A stretch of DNA of 64,000 bases, taken from assembly GCA_021738725.1 (NCBI GenBank), contig JAIPBE010000005.1, positions 10,174-74,173 of the forward strand, given 5' to 3'. Position 1 is the stretch's first letter. Every line of letters begins with the position of its first letter. The position numbers were made by a program, and so were the translations under genes. The notes under the pieces were generated by a model. It did not search any database. It had not been told where the DNA came from and worked only from the letters and a program-made list of their open reading frames with translations. Below, one piece after another: positions 17,279 through 26,171 of this stretch. The stretch comes from Saprospiraceae bacterium. GTDB lineage: Bacteria; Bacteroidota; Bacteroidia; Chitinophagales; Saprospiraceae.

Positions 17279-19690
17279 ATGCTTAAAATCTGGATTTCTG
17301 GCATAGTCTTGCTCCTGAGTGGTGTTGTGTTTGCCCAGACCGAAGAAAAAGTCGATTCAAGTACGGAGAAATCAACCGAAAAACCACGGTTTAAGCAGTA
17401 CGACAAAGTCATAACTGCAGAAGCTGTGAGCTCAGCGGGCCTCCTTTCTGTCCACCAGATACGGGACAAGGTCTATTTTGAATTGCCTATTGATCTCCTG
17501 GAAGACGAACTTCTTATCGTGAGTCGAATATCCGGATTCGTCAAGGGACTGAATTTTGGAGGTGCCGGTATGAAATCCAGGCCGCAACAGGTCATTCGGT
17601 TCCAGCGTCATTACGATCAAATCCTCCTGCGTTCCGTTTCCTATAATAGTGTTGCCAGCGAGGAAGATCCAGTCTACAGATCTGTACGAAATAATAACTT
17701 CGAACCCGTCATCTCCAGTTTTGATATTGCATGTTTCAACAGTGACAGCACCGCCCTGGTCATTGACGTGACCAGCTTTTTCACCAAGGATGTCCCGATG
17801 ATCGGAGCCCTTTCAGAAGAGCAACGAAAAGAATTCCAGATCAGCAGCCTGGATAGCAAGAGAAGCTTTGTTTCCTCTGCAAAAGCTTTTCCCGAAAATG
17901 TAGAAATTCGTCATGTCCTCACGTATGCGGGAAAGAAACTGCCAGACAACTTGCTGACCGGCACTCTATCCATCGAGATGAACCAGTCCATCATCCGATT
18001 GCCTCATCAAAAGTGGCCGGCACGATATTTTGACAAACGAGTGGCCTACTTCAGCCTGCAACAAGCTGATTACGGTGTCAATGAGCAACGGGCAGCGAAA
18101 CGCCAGTACATCACCCGGTGGCGTCTGGAACCTTCCGACCCGGAGGCCTATTTCCGTGGTGAACTGGTGGAACCCCTCAAGCCGATCATCTACTATGTTG
18201 ATCCTGCTACGCCAACCAAATGGGTCCCCTATCTGATGGCTGGTATCAACGACTGGCAAAAAGCATTTGAAGCTGCCGGATTTAAAAATGCGATTCAGGG
18301 CAGGGAAGCACCCGTAGATGATCCGGATTGGAGCCCGGAGGATGTTCGATATTCTGTGATCCGCTATATCACCACCGACATTCAGAATGCGCAGGGGCCC
18401 CATGTTCATGACCCCCGGACCGGGGAGATCCTGGAAAGTGACATCCTCTGGTATCACAATGTCATGAATCTGTTGCGCAACTGGTATTATATCCAGACAG
18501 CTGCCGTCAACCCAGAGGCTCAATCTCCACAGTATTCAGATGAGATCATGGGGCAATTGATTCGTTTTGTGGCCTCACATGAAGTGGGTCACACCCTGGG
18601 CCTTCCGCATAACATGGGGGCAAGCAGTGCTTATCCGGTGGATTCCCTTCGCAGCCCGACATTTACTTGCGCCATGGGAACAGCCCCTTCTATCATGGAC
18701 TATGCACGGTACAACTATATCGCTCAACCCGAGGATAGCGGTGTTTGCCTTTCCCCCCAGATCGGGCCCTATGATCTTTGGTCGATCGAATATGGCTACC
18801 GATTGATACCAAAGGTATCGACACCAGACGATGAACGTCCGATATTACGCCAATGGATCAAAGCCCATGCAAACGATCCAGTATATCGGTTTGGTCGACA
18901 AACAGGGGATCCGTATGATCCTTCTGCGCAGACTGAAGACCTGGGAGATGATGCCATGAAGGCATCTCTGTATGGCATTGCCAACTTGAAACGGATCAGG
19001 ACCAATTTGATGACCTGGGGTAATCGTCCAGGGGAAGACTATTCCGATCTCGATGAGCTTTACGACCAGGTCTTTGTCCAGATGGGACGTTACGTTCGCC
19101 ATGTGGCCACACAGATCGGTGGAGTGTATGAATATTCAAAAAACAACGACCAAGCTGGTGCCGTCTTTACACCCGTGTCCTATGCGCATCAGGAGAAAGC
19201 CATGAAATTTCTCCACCAGGAGGTCTTTCAGACACCCTATTGGATGATCGACACATTGATCCTGAGACGAATAGAGATCACAGGTGTACATGATCGAATC
19301 CTCCGTCTACAGAAATCTGCATTGTCCATTCTCCTGAAGGAGTCTCGCCTGGAGCGATTGCAGACCAATCCCATCATTTCCGAAGGGCCTACCTACGATA
19401 TGGACGCACTGTTCCAATCATTGACAAACGGGCTATTCTCAGAATGGAATTCCGGAAAACAACCGGACAACTTTCGGCGAAATCTGCAACGGGAATACGT
19501 CCTTCAGCTGGGTGAAATCATCAAGCGGAAAAGCCAGAAAACCGATGCTTCGGCGCAAGCCAGACATCAATTAATCCAGATCCGCCAGTTGGCTCAAAGA
19601 ACAGCCAAACGAGGCAAAGGTATCGACAAAGCTCATGCCCAAGATTTGATCGCTCATGGCAATAAACTGCTGAAAGGGGACAGTGATTAA
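17279..19690 (+). CDS. Secreted zinc-dependent metalloprotease (met-zincin, DUF5117/DUF5118-type family)
   Basis: The zinc site is HEVGHTLGLPHN. The signal peptide is MLKIWISGIVLLLSGVVFAQ. I prefer ATG 17279 to the TTG at 17264 in the track. Confidence 0.8.
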   Translation: MLKIWISGIVLLLSGVVFAQTEEKVDSSTEKSTEKPRFKQYDKVITAEAVSSAGLLSVHQIRDKVYFELPIDLLEDELLIVSRISGFVKGLNFGGAGMKSRPQQVIRFQRHYDQILLRSVSYNSVASEEDPVYRSVRNNNFEPVISSFDIACFNSDSTALVIDVTSFFTKDVPMIGALSEEQRKEFQISSLDSKRSFVSSAKAFPENVEIRHVLTYAGKKLPDNLLTGTLSIEMNQSIIRLPHQKWPARYFDKRVAYFSLQQADYGVNEQRAAKRQYITRWRLEPSDPEAYFRGELVEPLKPIIYYVDPATPTKWVPYLMAGINDWQKAFEAAGFKNAIQGREAPVDDPDWSPEDVRYSVIRYITTDIQNAQGPHVHDPRTGEILESDILWYHNVMNLLRNWYYIQTAAVNPEAQSPQYSDEIMGQLIRFVASHEVGHTLGLPHNMGASSAYPVDSLRSPTFTCAMGTAPSIMDYARYNYIAQPEDSGVCLSPQIGPYDLWSIEYGYRLIPKVSTPDDERPILRQWIKAHANDPVYRFGRQTGDPYDPSAQTEDLGDDAMKASLYGIANLKRIRTNLMTWGNRPGEDYSDLDELYDQVFVQMGRYVRHVATQIGGVYEYSKNNDQAGAVFTPVSYAHQEKAMKFLHQEVFQTPYWMIDTLILRRIEITGVHDRILRLQKSALSILLKESRLERLQTNPIISEGPTYDMDALFQSLTNGLFSEWNSGKQPDNFRRNLQREYVLQLGEIIKRKSQKTDASAQARHQLIQIRQLAQRTAKRGKGIDKAHAQDLIAHGNKLLKGDSD

Positions 19691-20895
19691 AGCAGGTTAA
19701 TCAAAAACTGAAGTGGCAAAAGTTTGATCAAACCATCCTGGTCTTCAACGATGATCTCATCAAAATAGATAGACGTTTTGGAGGGCACCTGATTCATTCG
19801 GCTGATCCATTGGTCCGGGTATCGGCCATCGATAATGACCTGTTCGATCTCTCCTTTCACAGGTACCATGCTCACTTTGGCCTGATGGATGGGCAAGACG
19901 GTGTCATCAAACTGCATAGTCATTGGCGCATCCAGATGCCCATAAAACTCATTGGGTTTAACGAATTTACCCGTATACGTCCCTTCAAGTGTTCCCCAAT
20001 GAAGAGTCCACTTCATATTTTGATCGACGATCAGATCCTGACGATCATATGGATCCAACATCTTTTGTACCAGGGTATCACACCGGGATACCTGGGACGG
20101 GGGGACAATCAGGTCGTTATCTGAAATATAGCGATTCAATGACCGGAAGGCCGGTATGCGGCGCTGACCATATTTTGATGGATCACTGTATATCCCACGC
20201 ACCTTCATATTGGTAGAATCGCTGGGATCATAACGCAAGAACTGTTTGTTTCCTTTAATATTGACAATTTGCCACGAAGAAATATCATCCGAACCTCCTT
20301 TGATATAGGGGATAGAAAACCGGGCAGAAAACTCTTCCCAGGGGTTTTCGATCTTGACCGTCAGACTATTAATGACCACACCGGAGCTGCGTTCAGAATA
20401 ATTCGAAAAAGTAAAGTAGTCGCCCTCGACCATATGTTCCAGAAGGTATCCCTGTGTCTCCAACGTAAACATGTGTGCCCGTTGATCTGCAAATGAATCG
20501 ACGGCTACGTGGTTGCTACCCATGGGGTTAGGGATACGGATCGGGAATCGACCTGTTGTATCGGAAGTTTGGACGCTTTGATTTTCACTGCTGACGATCG
20601 CTCGAATATCCAGCCCTCTGATCCAAAATAGCTTCCCATTTGCATAAAACTGAATGGGAGACTGCAGCAATTCCGGAAGTTGCTCTTTTTTGATGGTGAT
20701 CTCACCTCTGAAATAGTAGGGCGCCGCCCACATTTCAAGGGGCTCAAAAACATCTCCCCACCCAAAAGATAAAGCCATTTCCTTTGTCGCATAGCCAGAA
20801 TTTTCTGGTTTTCCTTGCGACCATCCGGACACTATGCTACCACCGACCAACAGGATAACGAATACAGGATACAGCCGTTTCAGATTCTTGTACAT
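19687..20895 (-). CDS. Hypothetical secreted protein (402 aa), last gene of the six-gene operon
   Basis: The signal peptide is MYKNLKRLYPVFVILLVGGSIVSGWSQ. I recognise no family motif. It lies 6 nt downstream of the ABC ATPase gene. Confidence 0.6.
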   Translation of the reverse strand: MYKNLKRLYPVFVILLVGGSIVSGWSQGKPENSGYATKEMALSFGWGDVFEPLEMWAAPYYFRGEITIKKEQLPELLQSPIQFYANGKLFWIRGLDIRAIVSSENQSVQTSDTTGRFPIRIPNPMGSNHVAVDSFADQRAHMFTLETQGYLLEHMVEGDYFTFSNYSERSSGVVINSLTVKIENPWEEFSARFSIPYIKGGSDDISSWQIVNIKGNKQFLRYDPSDSTNMKVRGIYSDPSKYGQRRIPAFRSLNRYISDNDLIVPPSQVSRCDTLVQKMLDPYDRQDLIVDQNMKWTLHWGTLEGTYTGKFVKPNEFYGHLDAPMTMQFDDTVLPIHQAKVSMVPVKGEIEQVIIDGRYPDQWISRMNQVPSKTSIYFDEIIVEDQDGLIKLLPLQFLINLL

Positions 20896-20901
20896 ATTAG
20901 A

Positions 20902-21732
20902 TTATTTCATATCAGCTACCTTCACCATCAGATCTTCAATATGGTAGACCATTTCAATGAAATGCTTGTCACGCTTGATCTCTTTATTCCGGTAGAGGGG
21001 CAGATCGATTTGAATGTGTTCTACGAACGTTGAAGGAGGAGCTTTCATTATGTAAATCTCATCCCCCAGATAGACAGCTTCAGCTATATCATGGGTCACA
21101 AAGATGACCGTTGGATGGATCTCATTCCAAATTTTACCTAACAATTCCTGCATTTGCAAACGCGTATGAATATCCAAGGCCCCGAAGGGTTCATCCATCA
21201 AGATGATAGAGGCATTTGCCAGAAGGCTTCGGCCGATCGCTACACGCTGCAATTGGCCGCCCGAAAGGGTCGGATACTGGGCGAATTTGTATTCGTGGCC
21301 GCTCAATCCAACCAGATGGATCATCTCCATAGCCTTCTCTTCCCGTTCTTTTTTGGGCATGCCGGCATACTGCAGAGGCAGCGCAACATTTTCGAGGACA
21401 TTCATCCATGGCAAGGAAGAATATTGCTGAAAAACCATGCTGGCCCGGTTGTCGGGCCCCACAGGTTTGCCTTGCAAGAGGACTTCCCCACTGGTCGGCG
21501 ATTGCAATCCGGCGATATATCGTAGCAATGTCGATTTTCCACAACCAGACATCCCCAGGATGACGACAAACTGCCCCTGGGCTGGTTTATCCTCTACAAG
21601 CAGGTCAAGTCCGCGGATGATCTCTGTTCTACCATTGTCATAGCTCTGACAGACATTGCGCAAGCTGACAATATTGTTTTGTTGTGGATTGTCATGGATG
21701 GGTATTGCCATAGCGTGTTCAGTTGGATCCAC
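20902..21732 (-). CDS. ABC transporter ATP-binding protein, NitT/TauT (nitrate/sulfonate/taurine/bicarbonate) family-like
   Basis: Walker A GMSGCGKSTLL, Q-loop QQYSLLP-like (FQQYSSLPW), signature LSGGQLQRVAIGRSL, Walker B ILMDEPFGALD and H-loop FVTHD. An alternative start is MAIPIH at 21711. Confidence 0.85.
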   Translation of the reverse strand: MDPTEHAMAIPIHDNPQQNNIVSLRNVCQSYDNGRTEIIRGLDLLVEDKPAQGQFVVILGMSGCGKSTLLRYIAGLQSPTSGEVLLQGKPVGPDNRASMVFQQYSSLPWMNVLENVALPLQYAGMPKKEREEKAMEMIHLVGLSGHEYKFAQYPTLSGGQLQRVAIGRSLLANASIILMDEPFGALDIHTRLQMQELLGKIWNEIHPTVIFVTHDIAEAVYLGDEIYIMKAPPSTFVEHIQIDLPLYRNKEIKRDKHFIEMVYHIEDLMVKVADMK

Positions 21733-22807
21733 GATTCAGCGTAGGAAGGTGGAGAGCTGATTGTCGGCCCGACCACCATTGATAGACCCGGAAACCGATA
21801 TATGAAATGAAAAGGAGATGAACGGCCCAAATGGTATCACCAAACAAGTTCGCCAGGACGCGACCCTGAAAAAACAATTGAGTCCACTCATTGACTGCAA
21901 GAAAAGCATACACCCCCACCAGGATCCACAGCCCGACCTGCCCTAAAAACTGAAGGATCATCTGGCCCGAACTGGTATTTGGTTTGCCTTGACTCTCGCT
22001 GGCGCGTAAGGCAAATGCCTTGAATGGGAAAAGGGACCGGTCCGCTCTTGAAAAGAGTCGGTCCTGAATGACCCCGATCAAAATAATTAGAAACAACAGA
22101 GCAAAGACCTTGTCCATTCGCCCCTGTCGTTGTCCCACTCGCCAGATCAATGCGCCAATGCCGCCCTGACTGCTGTCAATATTTTCAGCAACAATGATAT
22201 AGGTCCATGAGATCGCGGTCAGTACCCGGATATCGTCGGATAGTCTCGATAATACAGAAGGGATATATACCGTACGGATGGTTTGCCAGGCGTTCGCCCC
22301 CAACGTATATACCGTCTTCAGATATACATCCTCCACTTCATCAATCCGCTGAATAACCACCGGAAGCAAGTAGATCATAATACCAAAGGCCAGAAAATGG
22401 ACCTTCATATCTGTGCCGACACCAAACCAGACAATAAACAATCCGGTGACTGCCGTAAGGGGGATGTATCGAATCGATTCGACCTGGCGCTGAAACCCAC
22501 CGCGAAAGAATGGGATCAATCCGATCAGAAACCCCAGGGGGATGGAAATGAGAATGGCTTCCAGGTAACCAGCCAAATTGATCCCCAATGAATGAAAGGT
22601 GTTTTTCACGATTTCATTGTCCCGATAAAGGTCACCAAAAGAGGTCAGCACACGAAGTGGATGCGGCAAAATGGCGCTGCTCACTACTGGAGATTTTCCC
22701 ATTGTGAGCATTGTCCAACCCGCCAAGACCACTATAACCCCTCCTATTCCAAGCAGAATAGTCAGACTGCTATTAAGTGTGCCGCGTAACTTGAAAAGGG
22801 ACATCAT
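21719..22807 (-). CDS. ABC transporter permease (NitT/TauT-type BPD_transp_1) with a ~100-aa C-terminal extension
   Basis: It has multiple TM helices and an EAA-like loop region, TVYTLGANAWQTIRTVYIPSVLSRL. Extra hydrophobic helices follow residue ~260 (MILQFLGQVGLWILVGVYAFLAV, TIWAVHLLFISYIGF). Confidence 0.8.
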   Translation of the reverse strand: MMSLFKLRGTLNSSLTILLGIGGVIVVLAGWTMLTMGKSPVVSSAILPHPLRVLTSFGDLYRDNEIVKNTFHSLGINLAGYLEAILISIPLGFLIGLIPFFRGGFQRQVESIRYIPLTAVTGLFIVWFGVGTDMKVHFLAFGIMIYLLPVVIQRIDEVEDVYLKTVYTLGANAWQTIRTVYIPSVLSRLSDDIRVLTAISWTYIIVAENIDSSQGGIGALIWRVGQRQGRMDKVFALLFLIILIGVIQDRLFSRADRSLFPFKAFALRASESQGKPNTSSGQMILQFLGQVGLWILVGVYAFLAVNEWTQLFFQGRVLANLFGDTIWAVHLLFISYIGFRVYQWWSGRQSALHLPTLNRGSN

Positions 22808-22811
22808 CCGG

Positions 22812-24392
22812 TCAGGAACCGATCAGTTGAAAATCAGTTCTTCTGTTTTTCGCTTTACAGTCTTCAGATTGATTGTTCTCGCAACCGGCGATGGGTTTAT
22901 CCGGACCGTTCCCCACAATGACAAATCGATTCTTGTCCATATTATAGGTCTCCTGCAAGTATTTGGCTACAGCGTTCGCCCGCTTTTTGGATAGATCCAT
23001 ATTCATACTCCGGCTTCCCACATTATCTGTATTGCCTTCAATGCGAATGCGCAGCGCGGCAAACGACCTGGCCACTTCGGCAAACTGCAGGTCGATAATG
23101 GTCTTGGCATTCTCCGTCAAGGTGAATTTTCCAGATTCAAAATTAATGCTGACTGGTTTGTTTGCCAGTGCCGGCTTGGCCTTTTCGGCCTCTGTAGGAG
23201 CGGTAAATTTCGGAGCAGATTCTGATTCAAATCCGGGGCCACTCAATGCGCGGTCGGCAGCCTGAACGGCACCTGTATTGATCACATTCCTCCAGGGTGG
23301 AGCAATTTTCTCAGCCTGGCCCAAATCGAAAAATGTACGGGCCATCTTGTCATAAAGATCTGCACCCTTGACCCCCTGGAATTGCGGATTCAGGCCAAAG
23401 AAGTCTTTGTTATCCCCGTGGGAACTCCAGCGAACAACAGACATCGCACCCATTGCATCCTCAGGAGGAAAGTCGAGGAAGGAAGCCAGACGAGCTGCTG
23501 CCACTTCCTGTTTCGCCGGGTCATTGTGCAATTCAGCGACTGCCTTCATCCAACCTTCATAGAAGGCATTGATCTTTTTCCGATTATTTCGGATATAACT
23601 CTCCTTGGCAAAAAAGATATCTGCGATGATATTCGATTGTTCCTTCGTACTGACCAAAACCTTGGAACCGGCCACTTCGCGGATCGCCTCAATATCAAAG
23701 GGACTCCAAACGACGGCTGCATCTACATCCGGCGCCTTGAACATTTGGGAGGCTACGACTGGATCCTGGGCCGCAGCAATGGTCACATCTGTATATTTCA
23801 GACCAGCCGCTTCCAAAGCGGAGATCAATAAGGTCTGGGAGGGAGCCGGCTCCGTTACCGCGATCCGCTTTCCTTTCAGATCATTGATTGAATTAATACC
23901 CCTTTTGGCGATAATGACATCTCCTCCGCGAGACCAGTCAACCTGCATAAAGACCTGTGGCTTATACTGTTGAATGTCATCAGGAAATGTGTACAATGGG
24001 AAGGCATCTGCCGTTTGGACAAGGACATCATATTCATCCGCGATCCAGGCATTGAGGGCACTTTGAAGGTCATCGTTTTTGACAAATCTGACCTTTAAAC
24101 CATAATCCTTGTAAAATCTAGAATCCTCATTGGGTTCTGCACCATTGTTAAAATATAATCCTGGCGCATATCCGCCCCAGGTGACCAGCTGAATGGTCAA
24201 CACATCGTCCTCATCAGCACCATTGGTTGAATTGTCACCGAACGTACCTCCTGAGGAGGTTTGTTCAGCTTGTGATTTTAACGATCGGCCCCATTCCGTT
24301 TGATTCAACAGATAGTTGCCGAGATAAACCAGGCCACCGACGATCACCAGGGTGATCAGCAGTTTTGAGAAAGTGGTCAAACGTCTAGCCAT
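22812..24392 (-). CDS. Membrane-anchored periplasmic substrate-binding protein (NMT1/SsuA-like) fused to a C-terminal OmpA-like peptidoglycan-binding domain
   Basis: The N-terminal TM is FSKLLITLVIVGGLVYLGNYLL. The SBP-like core spans residues ~64-385 (TWGGYAPGLY..., GKRIAVTEPAPSQTLLISALEAAGL). The OmpA-like domain lies at nt 22812-23159: INFESGKFTL....IEGNTDNVGSRSMNMDLSKKRANAVAKYL......FVIVGNGPDKPI.....NRRTDF. Confidence 0.8.
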   Translation of the reverse strand: MARRLTTFSKLLITLVIVGGLVYLGNYLLNQTEWGRSLKSQAEQTSSGGTFGDNSTNGADEDDVLTIQLVTWGGYAPGLYFNNGAEPNEDSRFYKDYGLKVRFVKNDDLQSALNAWIADEYDVLVQTADAFPLYTFPDDIQQYKPQVFMQVDWSRGGDVIIAKRGINSINDLKGKRIAVTEPAPSQTLLISALEAAGLKYTDVTIAAAQDPVVASQMFKAPDVDAAVVWSPFDIEAIREVAGSKVLVSTKEQSNIIADIFFAKESYIRNNRKKINAFYEGWMKAVAELHNDPAKQEVAAARLASFLDFPPEDAMGAMSVVRWSSHGDNKDFFGLNPQFQGVKGADLYDKMARTFFDLGQAEKIAPPWRNVINTGAVQAADRALSGPGFESESAPKFTAPTEAEKAKPALANKPVSINFESGKFTLTENAKTIIDLQFAEVARSFAALRIRIEGNTDNVGSRSMNMDLSKKRANAVAKYLQETYNMDKNRFVIVGNGPDKPIAGCENNQSEDCKAKNRRTDFQLIGS

Positions 24393-24416
24393 AGCGCAAA
24401 CAGATGTTTCAGGTTA

Positions 24417-25451
24417 TCAGGATTCAAAAAAATTATCATATTGATTACCACGAGATTCGGAGCGTGCTTCAGGTCGGGCAATAGGTGCATCCAGGTCAAG
24501 TACATCCTTTTCGTTAGAAGCCTTGAGCAACAGGGTTTCCTTTTCACTGCCCAGGATCATGGATACACCTTCCTTCTCCCATTTTTCCAGCATGGCCAGG
24601 CCTTCTTCCTCAAACACACCATTCTGCAGATCGACACTGTCCATAAAATTGGAAGACATCTCCATGAAACGCTCCATCTCCCCTACCTTTTGGGATACAT
24701 CATCAGCGATCGCTTCCAGAGCCATGTCAAACATATACCGCTGGTCGTTATTTCCACTAATGATATTCATTGCCGATTTCATCGCCGAGTGGCTGGCACG
24801 AATGGCCTTACGTTCCTGCTCTTTAACCTGTACCTGGTCCTGGATATCCTCCAGCAGGATCTCTGAATTCTCGTACATCTTCGTGAGCACTCGATACAGG
24901 ATCTCCATCTTTCGATAGAGGTCCTCCAGTTTCATATTGGACTCCTTCAATCGGCCGGCTTTCCTGGATTTGAGGACAACCATGGAGGTTTTGTTGGTTT
25001 CCTTGGCCCGGCTGGCCATTTGCAGGTTGGTCTGGATATCCCGCTGGTTATTCAGGATCAGCTCTTTCAACTTGTGCATCTGCCCGCGCAACTTGGTGAT
25101 CTGCTTGTTCATCTCGCCCAGATTGTCCTTCAGGTCCTCGACATAAGACTTCAGGATCCCGATCGGATCGATCTGCACAAAAATACCCGTCACCCAACGC
25201 ATCACACTCTTGTACATGTACCAGATCAGATTGCGCATCTTGGGGTCTACTACCATATAAATGACGGCAGCCAGTACCATCAGCAGTATCCCCAGGTAGA
25301 GGACATTCTGGGTCATGGCAATAATGGCAGGGAGATAGGTGAACAACAGATAACCACCTCCTAATAAGAGTCCACCGATAAAAAGGGCTCCGGTGACCCC
25401 CTCAGGGCGCTTCCAGAATGATTTTGGCTTAAACGCATCTGAATTAGTCAT
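24417..25451 (-). CDS. Membrane-anchored PspA/IM30-like (ESCRT-III superfamily-like) coiled-coil protein
   Basis: It has two N-terminal TM helices (GALFIGGLLLGGGYLLFTYLPAII and VLYLGILLMVLAAVIYMVV). These are followed by IDPIGILKSYVEDLKDNLGEMNKQITKLRGQMHKLKE..., which parallels the PspA start (..EDP.k.l...i.dme..l.e.r..........). The helical heptad pattern continues to the C-terminus. The call was made by eye, not by HMM. Confidence 0.55.
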   Translation of the reverse strand: MTNSDAFKPKSFWKRPEGVTGALFIGGLLLGGGYLLFTYLPAIIAMTQNVLYLGILLMVLAAVIYMVVDPKMRNLIWYMYKSVMRWVTGIFVQIDPIGILKSYVEDLKDNLGEMNKQITKLRGQMHKLKELILNNQRDIQTNLQMASRAKETNKTSMVVLKSRKAGRLKESNMKLEDLYRKMEILYRVLTKMYENSEILLEDIQDQVQVKEQERKAIRASHSAMKSAMNIISGNNDQRYMFDMALEAIADDVSQKVGEMERFMEMSSNFMDSVDLQNGVFEEEGLAMLEKWEKEGVSMILGSEKETLLLKASNEKDVLDLDAPIARPEARSESRGNQYDNFFES

Positions 25452-25460
25452 AGATCAGGC

Positions 25461-26132
25461 TTATTTAAGGTATTGTTCCATTTTCGAAATGTCGGAGTTG
25501 ATCTCCTCGACCAAAAAAGTGTGGGTCCTGGTGAATTGATCCTGGGTCACGACCATTTTCTGGTGGACCTCATCCAATTCAGCCTTCAATTGCTCTGCCT
25601 CCTTCCGATGGGTGTTGATCGATGCCATTAATGACTCGATCTCCTGTTGATGCTTCAGAATTGTCTCATCCAACCATGACAGACGTTCCTGCCGTACGTT
25701 GATCTGAGTCTTCTCCTGGTTGGCCAGGGCTTCGGAAAATTTCTTTTGTTCCTTATTCAGAATATCCAGGTAGACAGTGGCTGTCCGCGTCAATTCTGAA
25801 GGAGTCACATTCATGGTTTGGGCCATGGCGAAGGCCGACTTGAATCGTGTTGCTTCATCCATATTCATCCTCCCCAAGGACTTGAGGGCCTGCCGAAATT
25901 CCAGATAGTCAAAGCCTTCCAGGTTCTGTTCCTCCATGGCATTCAACAGGGTATCCAGAAATCGCTGATCCAATTTTCCTTTTGGGGTGGAAAGGGTCGA
26001 TTCTCTTGGCACATTGACCGGTTTGGACGGGGTGTCTGCAGGAGCAGTTGGCTCCATATTTTCGGGCTCAACTTGCGGATCCGTTGAGTTCTCTTCAATG
26101 AAGAGTGATTTCAAATTCTTAATAAATCCCAT
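25461..26132 (-). CDS. Hypothetical coiled-coil protein with an amphipathic N-terminal helix and a Pro-rich linker. It is the first gene of the six-gene operon.
   Basis: The start is taken at MGFIKNLKSLFIEE (ATG 26132). The track start at 26174 adds 14 poorly fitting residues and would leave no room for the -7 box. The linker is PQVEPENMEPTAPADTPSKPVNVP. The C-terminal half is heptad-rich (QERLSWLDETILKHQQEIESLMASINTHRKEAEQLKAELDEVHQKM). Confidence 0.6.
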   Translation of the reverse strand: MGFIKNLKSLFIEENSTDPQVEPENMEPTAPADTPSKPVNVPRESTLSTPKGKLDQRFLDTLLNAMEEQNLEGFDYLEFRQALKSLGRMNMDEATRFKSAFAMAQTMNVTPSELTRTATVYLDILNKEQKKFSEALANQEKTQINVRQERLSWLDETILKHQQEIESLMASINTHRKEAEQLKAELDEVHQKMVVTQDQFTRTHTFLVEEINSDISKMEQYLK

Positions 26133-26171
26133 ATCCAATGCGAATGTAAGTTCAGTGCAAACGAACCTCAA

